Below, piece by piece: positions 36,995 through 46,431 of a stretch of DNA of 62,346 nt; position 1 is the stretch's first letter; each line of letters begins with the position of its first letter. Below the pieces are notes generated by a model. That model did not search any database, was not told the origin of the DNA, and worked only from the letters and a program-made list of their open reading frames with translations. This stretch comes from a virus (lineage: Duplodnaviria; Caudoviricetes): the IMG/VR virus record IMGVR_UViG_3300036790_000248, positions 1 through 62,346 of that record, one strand, 5' to 3'. A program made the translations under genes and the position numbers.

Positions 36995-38047
36995 ATGACT
37001 GTAGGACGCGATGGCAAGCAAGGGTTGGGCGGCAAGTCGCATAGGTCGCACGCTTCCGGCAAAGGACGCTCTGCAAGATTCGCCGCACAAATTAAAGACA
37101 ATCTAGAGAGGCAGGTATCGCGTATGGAAAAAGACCTTCGCAATGAAGCCGCTAAAAAGATGGTCGATTTGGTTGAGAAATCTTGGGACAAGCAAGGACT
37201 GACCGAAGACGAAAGAGACGCACTAGTGTCGGGGCACTCCACGGGCACGGGAGAGAAGTGCCCACACTGTGGAAGCACTGACCGTGGAGTATTTCTGGGG
37301 CAGGCAGATGGCTGCACAGCCGCGAATCACGATGATTGGCACGACGAAATCGGCTCCACGGGCACGGGAAGGACGCCGCAATGCCCGCACTGTATTCACG
37401 CTCCGCATATTGGATATTGCTTGGCTCCGGGATGCGGTTGTCTTATCACAAGTCGGGAGGCCGCACCTGTGACGGAAAGGACGGAGGAAACGCCGACGCT
37501 GGATGAGAGTCAGGCCAAGTTGGTCGTGTGGGGCACGGAATGTTTCGGAGCGGAGCACATGGCGGATCGCAAGGTTCGCGCTCTGCGGCTGATGGAGGAA
37601 GCTATCGAGTTTTCACAGGCGGTCGAAGCGCCGATTGAACAGTGCCGCAAGTTGGTGGATTACGTCTACTCACGGCCACCCGGCAAGCCGACACAGGAAC
37701 TGGGAGGCATTGGCGTGACTTGGCTCGTCGCCGCTGCTGCGCTCGGAGAAAGCGCCGCCGAAGCATTACGCTGCGAAATGGAGCGGATCGCTAAGAAACT
37801 GCCATCCCACTTCGCCAAGAGGAATCAGCAAAAACTCGACGCAGGATTCGACGCTCAAGGGGAGGCCGCATCCGAGCCGCCCACGCAGCCAGCCACGACG
37901 CTAATTATGCTGCTCAATGAGGCGTGGGGATTGCTTGATTCCGCAAAGATTGCCATCAGGGATGAGGATACCTTGCGCGATTGGAGAGCGGCAGTAGAGC
38001 CAATTCTGCTTACTGGAAAGTTGGCGGCGGCAGCGCCCACGGGCTAG
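36995..38047 (+). CDS. Mosaic protein with Zn-finger repeats and MazG-like NTP pyrophosphohydrolase domain
   Basis: CPHC twice; WGTECFG...RALRLMEEAIE...DYVYSRPPGKPTQELGG. Confidence 0.65.
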   Translation: MTVGRDGKQGLGGKSHRSHASGKGRSARFAAQIKDNLERQVSRMEKDLRNEAAKKMVDLVEKSWDKQGLTEDERDALVSGHSTGTGEKCPHCGSTDRGVFLGQADGCTAANHDDWHDEIGSTGTGRTPQCPHCIHAPHIGYCLAPGCGCLITSREAAPVTERTEETPTLDESQAKLVVWGTECFGAEHMADRKVRALRLMEEAIEFSQAVEAPIEQCRKLVDYVYSRPPGKPTQELGGIGVTWLVAAAALGESAAEALRCEMERIAKKLPSHFAKRNQQKLDAGFDAQGEAASEPPTQPATTLIMLLNEAWGLLDSAKIAIRDEDTLRDWRAAVEPILLTGKLAAAAPTG

Positions 38048-38200
38048 TGGGTCAAGGATGCAGTCGATGAAATATGGGCACGCTGGCAGGATATGTGCAG
38101 CCCGTTCAATCCCGGCACAATGGAAGAGATCATCAAGAAGCATCTGCGCCCCACCAGTTGACTAAGGGCGACCCCATTTTGAGCACACTAGGAGGCGAAA

Positions 38201-38521
38201 GTGATCAAGGCGATTAGGACAGTTTTAGCTGTATCAATTCTTGGAGGTTGTGCAATGGCGCAGCAATTCACTCTTCCGGTGCAACAAGGCACGCTGAAGC
38301 GGGTTGAGCAGATTTCCGCTGACGAAAAGGCCGAGTTGCAAAAAGCAGCCGATGCAGTGACCAAGGCGCAAGCAGATTTCGAGGCCGCAAAATCCAAGGT
38401 TGCTACGGCACACAAAATGACCCGCGAAAACTACATGGAATGGTCATCGTGGTACGAGTTCGACGGCGATTTCATATTGCAGCGATTTTCGTTCAACATA
38501 GTAAATCACGTTGGATGGTGA
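38201..38521 (+). CDS. Secreted hypothetical protein
   Basis: AGGAGG RBS; signal peptide ending AMA-Q. Confidence 0.65.
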   Translation: MIKAIRTVLAVSILGGCAMAQQFTLPVQQGTLKRVEQISADEKAELQKAADAVTKAQADFEAAKSKVATAHKMTRENYMEWSSWYEFDGDFILQRFSFNIVNHVGW

Positions 38522-38533
38522 GGGGAGGCGCTG

Positions 38534-38749
38534 ATGCCCAAGGAAGTGAAGCCGGGGACGAGGGGAGCCCAATGTCCCGATAGCTCCTATACGCACATTT
38601 GGAACGGCTGCGAGTTTCCCGGCGTAGTGCTGCGATTTAAGCATGTGCAGATCGGGCTGGATCGCCACAGCATCAGGCTCTACGTGTTCGGTAAGCGAAT
38701 CGTAAACTGGAATCGCAAGGAGAATTATGAGCAGCAGCCCATCAGATAA
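38534..38749 (+). CDS. Hypothetical protein
   Basis: GGAGG RBS. Confidence 0.55.
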   Translation: MPKEVKPGTRGAQCPDSSYTHIWNGCEFPGVVLRFKHVQIGLDRHSIRLYVFGKRIVNWNRKENYEQQPIR

Positions 38750-39653
38750 GCCGACGAAGCCGAGCGCCGCGAAGGTGTGCGTGATGTGCGAGACGCCGAT
38801 TTATTTCGGCGAAGCATACAGCGAAGGCCGCAACGTTTTTGTCCATGCGGATCGTTCAACCTGCAAACGGAATATCGTGCAAGCCAAGCCAGTTGAGGCG
38901 GAGAGTGGCGTGGAAGCGCCTCCAACGGTGGGAGAAGTTTCTCAGAAAGCTGCATTGATTCAGCAAGCGCAAAAGATAGTCCGATTGGAGGCCGAGATTA
39001 AGGCGCTCCGGGCAGCGCTCCCGCAGGAAACGCCCGCACAGCCATGCATGGTCGGATGGAATGAAGGGTTGCGGGCAATCTTCGAGGCGGAGGCGAAGCG
39101 CTTTCACTTGCCACTCGAAATGAAGGACGAGAGGCTGCAAAACTATGCCGCACACGAGACTCGCATCGCCTACATCATGTTTCAGTTCGGCTACCACCAA
39201 GCAGCGCAGATTCCGCTCCCGCAGGAAACGCCCGCACAGCCGATCGAGGTAACGCGATTTGCCGAGTTCGATGATGCGGAACATCCGGCGAATCAGTGGT
39301 GGGAGAAGCACGGCCAATACATGCTCAGCGGCGGTGGTCGCCGCGAATTCATCTGGGCCTGTCGCGGATGGATCGCACGGGAGCAATTAGCGTGCGGCGT
39401 AGATGTGACTGGCGACTCAATGCAGGAAGCGGCGCTGGCGAGTTCCGCTCCGGCCCCTTCCGGCGTCGAGCAACGAGCCGCAACGGAACTGCGCACATTG
39501 CTCAATAGATGGGAGGGTTACTTTGAAGCGTTCACGAGTCCCTTCTATACGAAAACTGGCGAGCCGGATGCGATGCAGGGGTTGCGTCAGTGCATCACGG
39601 AATTGCAGGAACTTCTGGAGGCTGAGGCCGCTCTGCGTGGAGGGGGAGACTGA
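38727..39653 (+). CDS. Mosaic Ead/Ea22-like hypothetical protein
   Basis: Zn motif, coiled coil, duplicated LPQETPAQP linker. Confidence 0.6.
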   Translation: MSSSPSDKPTKPSAAKVCVMCETPIYFGEAYSEGRNVFVHADRSTCKRNIVQAKPVEAESGVEAPPTVGEVSQKAALIQQAQKIVRLEAEIKALRAALPQETPAQPCMVGWNEGLRAIFEAEAKRFHLPLEMKDERLQNYAAHETRIAYIMFQFGYHQAAQIPLPQETPAQPIEVTRFAEFDDAEHPANQWWEKHGQYMLSGGGRREFIWACRGWIAREQLACGVDVTGDSMQEAALASSAPAPSGVEQRAATELRTLLNRWEGYFEAFTSPFYTKTGEPDAMQGLRQCITELQELLEAEAALRGGGD

Positions 39654-39656
39654 CAA

Positions 39657-40295
39657 GTGCGGATACTTGATCTATTCTGCGGCGCGGGCGGGGCGGCGAT
39701 GGGACTGCATCAGGCGTTCCCCGGAGCCTACGTAATCGGCATAGACTCCGAGCCTCAGCCGAACTACCCGTTCTTGTTTATGCAGATGGATTGGCTAGAA
39801 GGCGCGCAAAAGTACATTGATTGGGCAGAGTTCTTTTGGTGCTCTCCAGTTTGCAAAAGATATACACAAATGCTTAATCACGGGCTGACTGACCGAAACA
39901 AACATCCCGATTTTATTCCAAGAGTGCGTAAGTGGCTCCTGGCGAATGCTGGGAAGCGTCCTTGGGTTATAGAAAATGTCGCCGGCGCTCCGTTGCTCAA
40001 TGCCAATATGCTGTGCGGAGAGATGTTCGGACTACGAGTGATGCGGCATCGTTTCTTCGAGACTTCGTTCGCTGTTAAGTCCCCAAAGCACCCAAAGCAC
40101 GATAAACGGGGTGCGATCCGCAAGCAAGGTGATGGTGGCTGGTACTACCGCGTGTACGGACACGAAACCGGGAAGGCGTCATGGGGCGCGGCTATGGGGA
40201 TTGACTGGATGCGCTCGCCGGAACTCGCACAAGCCATCCCGCCAGCCTACTCACGTTACATCGGAGAGCAATTCAAGCTAGTAGGGGGAGAGTGA
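39657..40295 (+). CDS. DNA (cytosine-5) methyltransferase
   Basis: LDLFCGAGG, SPVC, VIENV, RHRFFE, AIPPAYSRYIG. Confidence 0.9.
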   Translation: MRILDLFCGAGGAAMGLHQAFPGAYVIGIDSEPQPNYPFLFMQMDWLEGAQKYIDWAEFFWCSPVCKRYTQMLNHGLTDRNKHPDFIPRVRKWLLANAGKRPWVIENVAGAPLLNANMLCGEMFGLRVMRHRFFETSFAVKSPKHPKHDKRGAIRKQGDGGWYYRVYGHETGKASWGAAMGIDWMRSPELAQAIPPAYSRYIGEQFKLVGGE

Positions 40296-40389
40296 GATAT
40301 GCCAGGAAACGATGAAGGAATGCCAAGAGGAATGGGATTCAGTGTCTTCGTTGCGGGCGCGTTCGGCTCCTGCCGGGAAGGAAAAGTAA

Positions 40390-40833
40390 ATGGGAATGTA
40401 TACGGAGTTGTGCATCGGCGTGGAATTTAAGAAAGACACCCCTGCGGATGTTATCGCGTGCCTCTCGCAAATGGCGTCACCTTCGGATGCTGTCAAGTTT
40501 GATCCGCCAGAGAGTTTGGCCGCGCATCCCTTATTCAAGACGGATCGTTGGCATTGGATGCTTAGGAGTGGTGGAAGTTACTACTTCGCCGCGAAGCCCT
40601 GCCTAGTATGGCAGCGTGATGAGATCACGGATTCGTACTTTCTTACGGTGTTGACCAACATTAAGAACTATACGGGCGAGTGGGAACAGTTTATGGGCTT
40701 CATCGCCCCTTGGCTCTGTACGCAGGGATTTCTTGGCTACTATCGCTATGAGGAAGATGACGAACCGACGCTGCTTTACAACGATGACGGAACAATCGTA
40801 TGGCGTCGGACGAGCGGTGAACCCCATGCCTGA
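40390..40833 (+). CDS. Phage hypothetical protein
   Basis: MGMYTEL...HPLFKTDRW...NIKNY...GYYRYEE. Confidence 0.7.
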   Translation: MGMYTELCIGVEFKKDTPADVIACLSQMASPSDAVKFDPPESLAAHPLFKTDRWHWMLRSGGSYYFAAKPCLVWQRDEITDSYFLTVLTNIKNYTGEWEQFMGFIAPWLCTQGFLGYYRYEEDDEPTLLYNDDGTIVWRRTSGEPHA

Positions 40834-41005
40834 CCCGAAGCCCTGCCTCATCGTGATCGCATTGCTGCTGCTGAGTGGCTGCGCGGTCGTGCGAGCCCCG
40901 AAACGGGCGTATCAGTTCATGTACTGCAACCAGATGAACCCTGACGGCAAGCATTGCGATGTGTGGGCAACGACGTGCGGGAAACTCGATTGCGCGGGGC
41001 GCTGA
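40826..41005 (+). CDS. Small lipoprotein
   Basis: Lipobox LLSG-C; 4 further Cys. Confidence 0.65.
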   Translation: MPDPKPCLIVIALLLLSGCAVVRAPKRAYQFMYCNQMNPDGKHCDVWATTCGKLDCAGR

Positions 41006-41040
41006 AGCCGGAGCGGGGCCACTGAGAAAGGAAGGGAACG

Positions 41041-41232
41041 ATGCGAGATCTGGAAATTGAGTTGCAGGCAAAGTGCCTGATTTATTCGTTGATTCACATG
41101 CCTCTGCCATTATCTTGGCGGCAGAGAAAACTTGGACAGGAGTTATTTCGCTTTCTCGCCGCACGCAACCCTACCACGAACGATCCTGAGTGGAAGCGGA
41201 AGAATTTATTGCTCCGGGGAGGCTCGCAATGA
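41041..41232 (+). CDS. Hypothetical protein
   Basis: Purine-rich RBS, operon strand. Confidence 0.5.
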   Translation: MRDLEIELQAKCLIYSLIHMPLPLSWRQRKLGQELFRFLAARNPTTNDPEWKRKNLLLRGGSQ

Positions 41233-41538
41233 ATGATCCAGGCACGCCGAAAGGAGAGACTAATGCTTACGTTGATTAGGCCCGCGATGCTGCTGGGCTT
41301 GATAGCTTTCATGCTGTTCTGGTTCACGCCCTCGATGCGGCGACTGGATGCCTACTCGGATCGGCGGGATCATGTCTTCCATGAGACGATGCGCTGCTAC
41401 GACCGGACGGAGGCAGCCGAGAACTATGACGAGGCCCTACGCTGCTCCGAAGTTTGGTATCAGTGGATAGACAACAATGCTCAGCCTGAATCCGGCTGGA
41501 ATTGGCCGTGGGCTGGATGGAACGAGGAGAGCCGATGA
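41233..41538 (+). CDS. Membrane-anchored hypothetical protein
   Basis: Hydrophobic segment AMLLGLIAFMLFWF. Confidence 0.55.
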   Translation: MIQARRKERLMLTLIRPAMLLGLIAFMLFWFTPSMRRLDAYSDRRDHVFHETMRCYDRTEAAENYDEALRCSEVWYQWIDNNAQPESGWNWPWAGWNEESR

Positions 41539-41717
41539 CATCTTCCAAGCCAGTCCAAGAGAAGGAACGAGCGCGAAAATTGATGCATCGCCTAGATCAA
41601 TCGTGGGCGAGTAATAAGGGCCTGAGACTATCCCGCGAAGATTGCGAGGAACTGCGTTCACTGTTGGCCGCCTACGCCTCAGAGGCCCGCAGAGAAGAGA
41701 AATCGGAGGAGAAATGA
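41535..41717 (+). CDS. Hypothetical protein
   Basis: GAGGAG RBS, ATGA coupling. Confidence 0.55.
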   Translation: MTSSKPVQEKERARKLMHRLDQSWASNKGLRLSREDCEELRSLLAAYASEARREEKSEEK

Positions 41718-42082
41718 GCACGGAGAAGGAACGAGCCGCATTCGAGACATGGGTGAAACATGAACTGCTAGACGGCGGACTTATCAACCTGGAGCGCGAA
41801 GAAGGTGGAGAGTATTCGCACTCTGCCGCCAATCTAGCGTGGGAAGTTTGGCAAGCCGCCTGTGCCTCAGGGGGCCGCACCGAATGCGCATGGTGCAAGA
41901 AGTTCGTGGATTTCGTAGTCGCTCCGCCTGAAGGAACAGGCTTGTGTATCTGTCACGGGTGCGAGGCAGCGTATCTCAGAGGACGAACAGAGCAAGCGAA
42001 AGAGGATGCACAACGACTTTACCAGTCGCGGCTTGAGCCAAAGCCGTCTGGTCCTCCGCGACTACCGAAGGTGACTCGATGA
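41714..42082 (+). CDS. Hypothetical protein with Zn motif
   Basis: ERAAFETW...AWEVWQAA, CAWC...CHGC. Confidence 0.6.
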   Translation: MSTEKERAAFETWVKHELLDGGLINLEREEGGEYSHSAANLAWEVWQAACASGGRTECAWCKKFVDFVVAPPEGTGLCICHGCEAAYLRGRTEQAKEDAQRLYQSRLEPKPSGPPRLPKVTR

Positions 42083-42135
42083 GACCTTTACTTTTGGCTG
42101 TCATGCTTGGATTGGTCGGGACGGGAGGATAAGCT

Positions 42136-42852
42136 TTGGCGAACGATGCGATTGGCGACCGGATGAAGGGGCAATATGAGAACCGGACACGTATTTTTCT
42201 GCCGCGCCGGACGTACACGATTCTGCGGGTGGATGGTAAGGCGTTCCACTCCTACTGCGCGAAGATGGAGCGGCCATACGATGTGAAGTTTATGGGTGCG
42301 ATGGATGTTACTGCTGCCACGATGCTGAAGGAGTTGATGGGCGCGGAGTTTGCCTACATCCAGTCTGATGAGATTTCTTTCCTTCTGACGGACTTCGCCA
42401 AGACGAGCACCGAGGCGTGGTTCGACGGCAATGTACAGAAAATGGCGAGCGTGGGCGCATCCATGGCGACGGCTGTATTCTCGGCTCAGATGGGGTGCGG
42501 CTTGCCGATGTTCGATGCGCGGGTGTTCACTATTCCCGATTATGTCGAGGTCGAGAACTACTTCGTCTGGCGGCAGCAGGATGCGGTTCGTAACTCAATC
42601 CTGATGCTGGCGCAGCACTACTATTCGCCGAAGGAAATGCACGGCAAGAATTGCTCCGTATTGCAAGACATGATCCACGACAAGGGAGACAATTGGAATA
42701 ATCACCCAACGAGATTCAAGCGCGGAGGCTTCGTCTGGTACAACCGCGAAACGCTGCCCTACCCGTCGTGGGAGATTGACGATGCGCCTAACTTTACGGG
42801 CGAAGAAGAGCGCCCCAAATTCGCCGCACTGATTCCGAAACATGGCTACTGA
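42136..42852 (+). CDS. tRNA(His) guanylyltransferase Thg1-like protein (3'-5' polymerase)
   Basis: GDRMK..YE, LRVDGKAFH, YIQSDEISF, FDARVF, YFVWRQQDAVRNS. Confidence 0.92.
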   Translation: MANDAIGDRMKGQYENRTRIFLPRRTYTILRVDGKAFHSYCAKMERPYDVKFMGAMDVTAATMLKELMGAEFAYIQSDEISFLLTDFAKTSTEAWFDGNVQKMASVGASMATAVFSAQMGCGLPMFDARVFTIPDYVEVENYFVWRQQDAVRNSILMLAQHYYSPKEMHGKNCSVLQDMIHDKGDNWNNHPTRFKRGGFVWYNRETLPYPSWEIDDAPNFTGEEERPKFAALIPKHGY

Positions 42853-42904
42853 CGGTGCGCGATGAAGCTTTGTGTTCTTACTCTCTGCGGAGGCTAACTA
42901 TTCT

Positions 42905-44125
42905 ATGTATCGTACCGTTCTAACCTTGATCCTGCTGGCCGGACTCGGCGCGCCCTGCGCCGCCCAATCCCAGTACACCGAATCCGTCCTCTACTCCTTC
43001 ACTTCCGCTGCCGACGGATCGTATCCCGTCGGCGGCTTGATCGTCGACGCCAAGGGGACACTCTACGGCACAACGCAATACGGTGGCTCTCTCACCGGCC
43101 CCTGCGCCCAAGGCGGCTGCGGGACTGTGTTCAAGCTGTCGCCCACCGGCGTCAAGACGACCCTGCACACGTTCACGGCTGGCACCGATGGTGCGCTGCC
43201 GAACGCGTCGCTGGCGATGGATAAAAGCGGCAGCCTCTACGGCACCACTGTGTTTGGCGGCGTCGGCTACGGGATCGTGTTCAAGCTGACAGCGGCCGGG
43301 CGGTATTCGATCCTGCATACGTTCGGCAAGGCGGCGGGGGATGGGCGCTACCCTCTTGGCCCTCCGACGCTCGACTCCGCCGGCAACCTCTACGGCACCG
43401 CCAGCGACCTCAACGTGTGCGACGCCGAATGCCCCACGGTCAAAGACGGCGGCTACGGCGTCGTGTGGAAGCTCTCCGCGAAGGGAGCCGTAGAGACGAT
43501 CCTCTACGCGTTCGGCGTCGACGGCAATCCGGTCGCCAACCTGATCCGCGACGGCCAGGGCAACCTCTACGGCGGCGCGTTCGCGGGTGGTACCGCGTCC
43601 GGCGGCACCTTCTACGGTGGTGCGCTGTTCAAGCTCCCCGCGAAAGGGGCCGAATCGACGATCTACGCCTTCTGCGCGGACGCCGGGTGCGCCGACGGCC
43701 AAGATCCCTCCTACGTGGCCCGTGACTCCCGCGGTAACTTCTATGCCGAGGTGGCCGGCGCTGGCTCGGCCATGCAGGGAGCGATCGCCGTGGTAACGGC
43801 GCAGGGCATGGAGTCGATGCTGTGGCAATTCTGTTCCCTTGCCGGGTGCGTGGATGGCCAGTCTCCATCCGGCCCGCTGGTCGTGATTGGCGGCAGCCTT
43901 TACGGAGTCACGCAGGGCGGCGGGGCCAGCGGCGAGGGGACGGTGTACGAGCTCACTCCCTCCGGTGCCCTCACAACACTGTATTCGTTCGTGCCTGGCG
44001 GCGATGCAGCCCAGCCGATGGGCGGGGTCGTGGCTGACGCGGCGGGAAACCTCTACGGAACGTCGTCGGCAGGCGGTGCGAACGGGATGGGAGCGGTGTG
44101 GAAGCTTACGGCGGCGGGGAAATAG
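42905..44125 (+). CDS. Secreted choice-of-anchor tandem-repeat (GloVer-type) beta-propeller protein
   Basis: Signal peptide; 7 repeats of LYSF...DG..P...L..D..GNLYGT...GG..G.GTVFKL. Confidence 0.9.
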   Translation: MYRTVLTLILLAGLGAPCAAQSQYTESVLYSFTSAADGSYPVGGLIVDAKGTLYGTTQYGGSLTGPCAQGGCGTVFKLSPTGVKTTLHTFTAGTDGALPNASLAMDKSGSLYGTTVFGGVGYGIVFKLTAAGRYSILHTFGKAAGDGRYPLGPPTLDSAGNLYGTASDLNVCDAECPTVKDGGYGVVWKLSAKGAVETILYAFGVDGNPVANLIRDGQGNLYGGAFAGGTASGGTFYGGALFKLPAKGAESTIYAFCADAGCADGQDPSYVARDSRGNFYAEVAGAGSAMQGAIAVVTAQGMESMLWQFCSLAGCVDGQSPSGPLVVIGGSLYGVTQGGGASGEGTVYELTPSGALTTLYSFVPGGDAAQPMGGVVADAAGNLYGTSSAGGANGMGAVWKLTAAGK

Positions 44126-44155
44126 TTATGCACAGGATTCCCTCTAACTTTCCCC

Positions 44156-44184
44156 TTGACACGCCAACGGCCCCCGCGTATCGT
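44156..44184 (+). promoter_or_regulatory. Sigma70-like promoter for replication module
   Basis: TTGACA-17 nt-TATCGT. Confidence 0.65.
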
Positions 44185-44200
44185 CGGTTACGGTAATTCA

Positions 44201-44371
44201 ATGAATAACAAGCCGCAACAAAAAACTACAGTGTGGAGCCTCCGGGTTCCGGTGGCCCTGATCCGGCGCGTGACACGGCTGGCGGACGCGGAAAGCCGCA
44301 CGGCATCGAACATGGCCCGGCTGCTGCTGGAGTCGGCGTTGGCGGTCAAGGAGAATAGCAATGGCAAGTAA
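44201..44371 (+). CDS. Ribbon-helix-helix (Arc/CopG-like) regulator
   Basis: VWSLRVPVALIRRVTRLADAESRTASNMARLLLESAL. Confidence 0.8.
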   Translation: MNNKPQQKTTVWSLRVPVALIRRVTRLADAESRTASNMARLLLESALAVKENSNGK

Positions 44372-44624
44372 GCAACGGATTCGCAAACTCAATATCGGCC
44401 CCGCAATGCTCCAGTCGGATCGCGTCACGGCGAAGAACTCGCACGTCGGTATGGTCGTGATCGCCGACTATGTGTCCGACGAGGACGCACAGCGGTATCT
44501 CGTGTTCGAGCGTCAAGGTGTGGTTGCCACGACAAAGCGTGCGAAGAAGACGAACGCCAAGGCCGTCGCCGCGCCGGCGCAATCCGCGACCGCATTCCCA
44601 CCGCCGGACGTGGCCCGTGGCTGA
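44361..44624 (+). CDS. Hypothetical protein
   Basis: AAGGAG RBS. Confidence 0.6.
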   Translation: MASKQRIRKLNIGPAMLQSDRVTAKNSHVGMVVIADYVSDEDAQRYLVFERQGVVATTKRAKKTNAKAVAAPAQSATAFPPPDVARG

Positions 44625-45639
44625 CTCAGGCGTTCTGTACGGCGAGACCGACACCTTCAAGACGACCGCCATCGGCCACATGGCGCAGTACATCGCCGAG
44701 AAGACAGGTAAGGCCACGCTTCTGTTCAGCGCCGACGGTGGCGGCTGGAAGCCGGTACAGGAGGAGATCGATGCCGGGATGATCCGACCCTATCGCTGCG
44801 ACACGGCTACGATTCCACTCCCGATCCTGCGTAAAGTGTCGCAGGGCTACTGGCCGCGCAACCCGGAGGAGACGGACATCTCCAAGGTAGACTTTTGTCC
44901 CATCGACTGGTCGGACGTTGGCGCGATCGCTATTGAAGGATTCACGTCGATCGGAACGATGCTGATGCGCCACGTTGCGGACAAGAATCTCAAGACGGGG
45001 GAAGAAGGCACGACGCCGTTCTCAATGCCGATCCTCGTAAGTGGGCAGATGCGGCAGGAGACGTTTGCCGGGAATTCGCGCGGCCACTATAACTTTGTCC
45101 AGAACCAGCTCTATGGCCTCACTATGAACTTCATATCGTGGCCTGTCTCCTACGTCCTGTTTACCGGGCATGAGAAGAAGACGGAGGAAGGGGATCGCAC
45201 GATCGTGATGGGAGTGGCGACCCCCGGCAAGGCGATCACTCCGCTGATCCCGACATGGGTTGGCGACTGCATCCACGCGCAGGACTACCAGATCGAGAAG
45301 ATCACGCAGCTTCCCAAGCCGGGTGGCAAGCCGGGCGAGATGATCGACGACAAGACGTTCGAGCGTCACTGCCGCTACTACTTTCGCAAGCACCCTGATC
45401 CGGTGACTGGGCTGTCGTTCCCAGCCAAGCCACGTGTGACACACTCGGCCGTGCGGGAATTGGACAAGCGGTTCCCTGGAGGGTTCTTCGAGCCGACGCC
45501 GGAACACGGATTCGACTTGTACCTGCGCGCGCTGGACGAGTTGGCGAAGGTGAAGGCGGGATCGCTGACCGGATGGCGCGAACGCGCTGATGCCAAATTA
45601 GGACGTGGCCCAAGAGTCCCAGAGTTATCAACGAAGTAA
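44617..45639 (+). CDS. AAA_24 / Sak4-like ATPase (recombinase)
   Basis: LYGETDTFKT Walker A, AIAIEG Walker B, FTGHE. Confidence 0.75.
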   Translation: MADSGVLYGETDTFKTTAIGHMAQYIAEKTGKATLLFSADGGGWKPVQEEIDAGMIRPYRCDTATIPLPILRKVSQGYWPRNPEETDISKVDFCPIDWSDVGAIAIEGFTSIGTMLMRHVADKNLKTGEEGTTPFSMPILVSGQMRQETFAGNSRGHYNFVQNQLYGLTMNFISWPVSYVLFTGHEKKTEEGDRTIVMGVATPGKAITPLIPTWVGDCIHAQDYQIEKITQLPKPGGKPGEMIDDKTFERHCRYYFRKHPDPVTGLSFPAKPRVTHSAVRELDKRFPGGFFEPTPEHGFDLYLRALDELAKVKAGSLTGWRERADAKLGRGPRVPELSTK

Positions 45640-45665
45640 CTATCACAACGGAGGAAGCGAATAAC

Positions 45666-46424
45666 ATGACAGCCGCATTTGGAGAAGTGACGTACGACAA
45701 CGCCGCAGCGCCGGGGGACTCTCCCGCCACTAGCGGCGACGCAACGCAGCTCATCGACCCCAACGACCCCCGGCTTACGTCGGAAGTCCTCACCATCAAC
45801 CCGGACGCGGACGCGTATGCGATCCTGCCTCCACTGCCCGACGGCAAATGGCGCGCCAAGGCGAAACAGGTCGACATCAGGGACGACAAAGGCCAGCAGC
45901 AACGGTACGCTGTGTTCAGCCGCGCCAAGATGGCCAACGGCGCTCCGTTCCTTGCCACCAACGTCGAGTTCAGCGTGATCGACCATTCCGGCGAGTTCGA
46001 CGGCGTGAAACTCACCGAATACTGGGTCAAGACGCTCGTCGACGCCAGGAAGGGAACGTCGCAGGCGGCGACTCTGACGGCCAAACTGGGCGGCAAGCCG
46101 CTGGCATCCGGCACGCAGAAGCAGATGATGGATCTCCTGCTGTCCACGCTGGCCGCCGAGCCGGAATTGGTCATCGAGACCGCGTGGTCGGCGGAGTGCC
46201 AGCATTGCCAGGAGGCGGCGAAGAAGAAGGGCGATCGCGCCCCGCGTCCGTTCCTGCAAGGCATGCACCGGTTCCCATCGACCAAGACGCCGGGCGTACA
46301 CGATCCGATGGCGAAGTGCCCGACGCAGGGATGTGGGTCGCTGGTGCGGGCCCAGCCGCGCATCGTGGGCATCTTCTCGCTGAAGGAAGCGCAGGCGACG
46401 CGAGGCACCGGGGCGGCGAAGTAA
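45666..46424 (+). CDS. Probable SSB-like (DUF669-like) protein with Zn ribbon
   Basis: PLPDGKWRAK pattern; follows Sak4-like gene; CQHC...CPTQGC. Confidence 0.55.
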   Translation: MTAAFGEVTYDNAAAPGDSPATSGDATQLIDPNDPRLTSEVLTINPDADAYAILPPLPDGKWRAKAKQVDIRDDKGQQQRYAVFSRAKMANGAPFLATNVEFSVIDHSGEFDGVKLTEYWVKTLVDARKGTSQAATLTAKLGGKPLASGTQKQMMDLLLSTLAAEPELVIETAWSAECQHCQEAAKKKGDRAPRPFLQGMHRFPSTKTPGVHDPMAKCPTQGCGSLVRAQPRIVGIFSLKEAQATRGTGAAK

Positions 46425-46431
46425 TCCGCCA

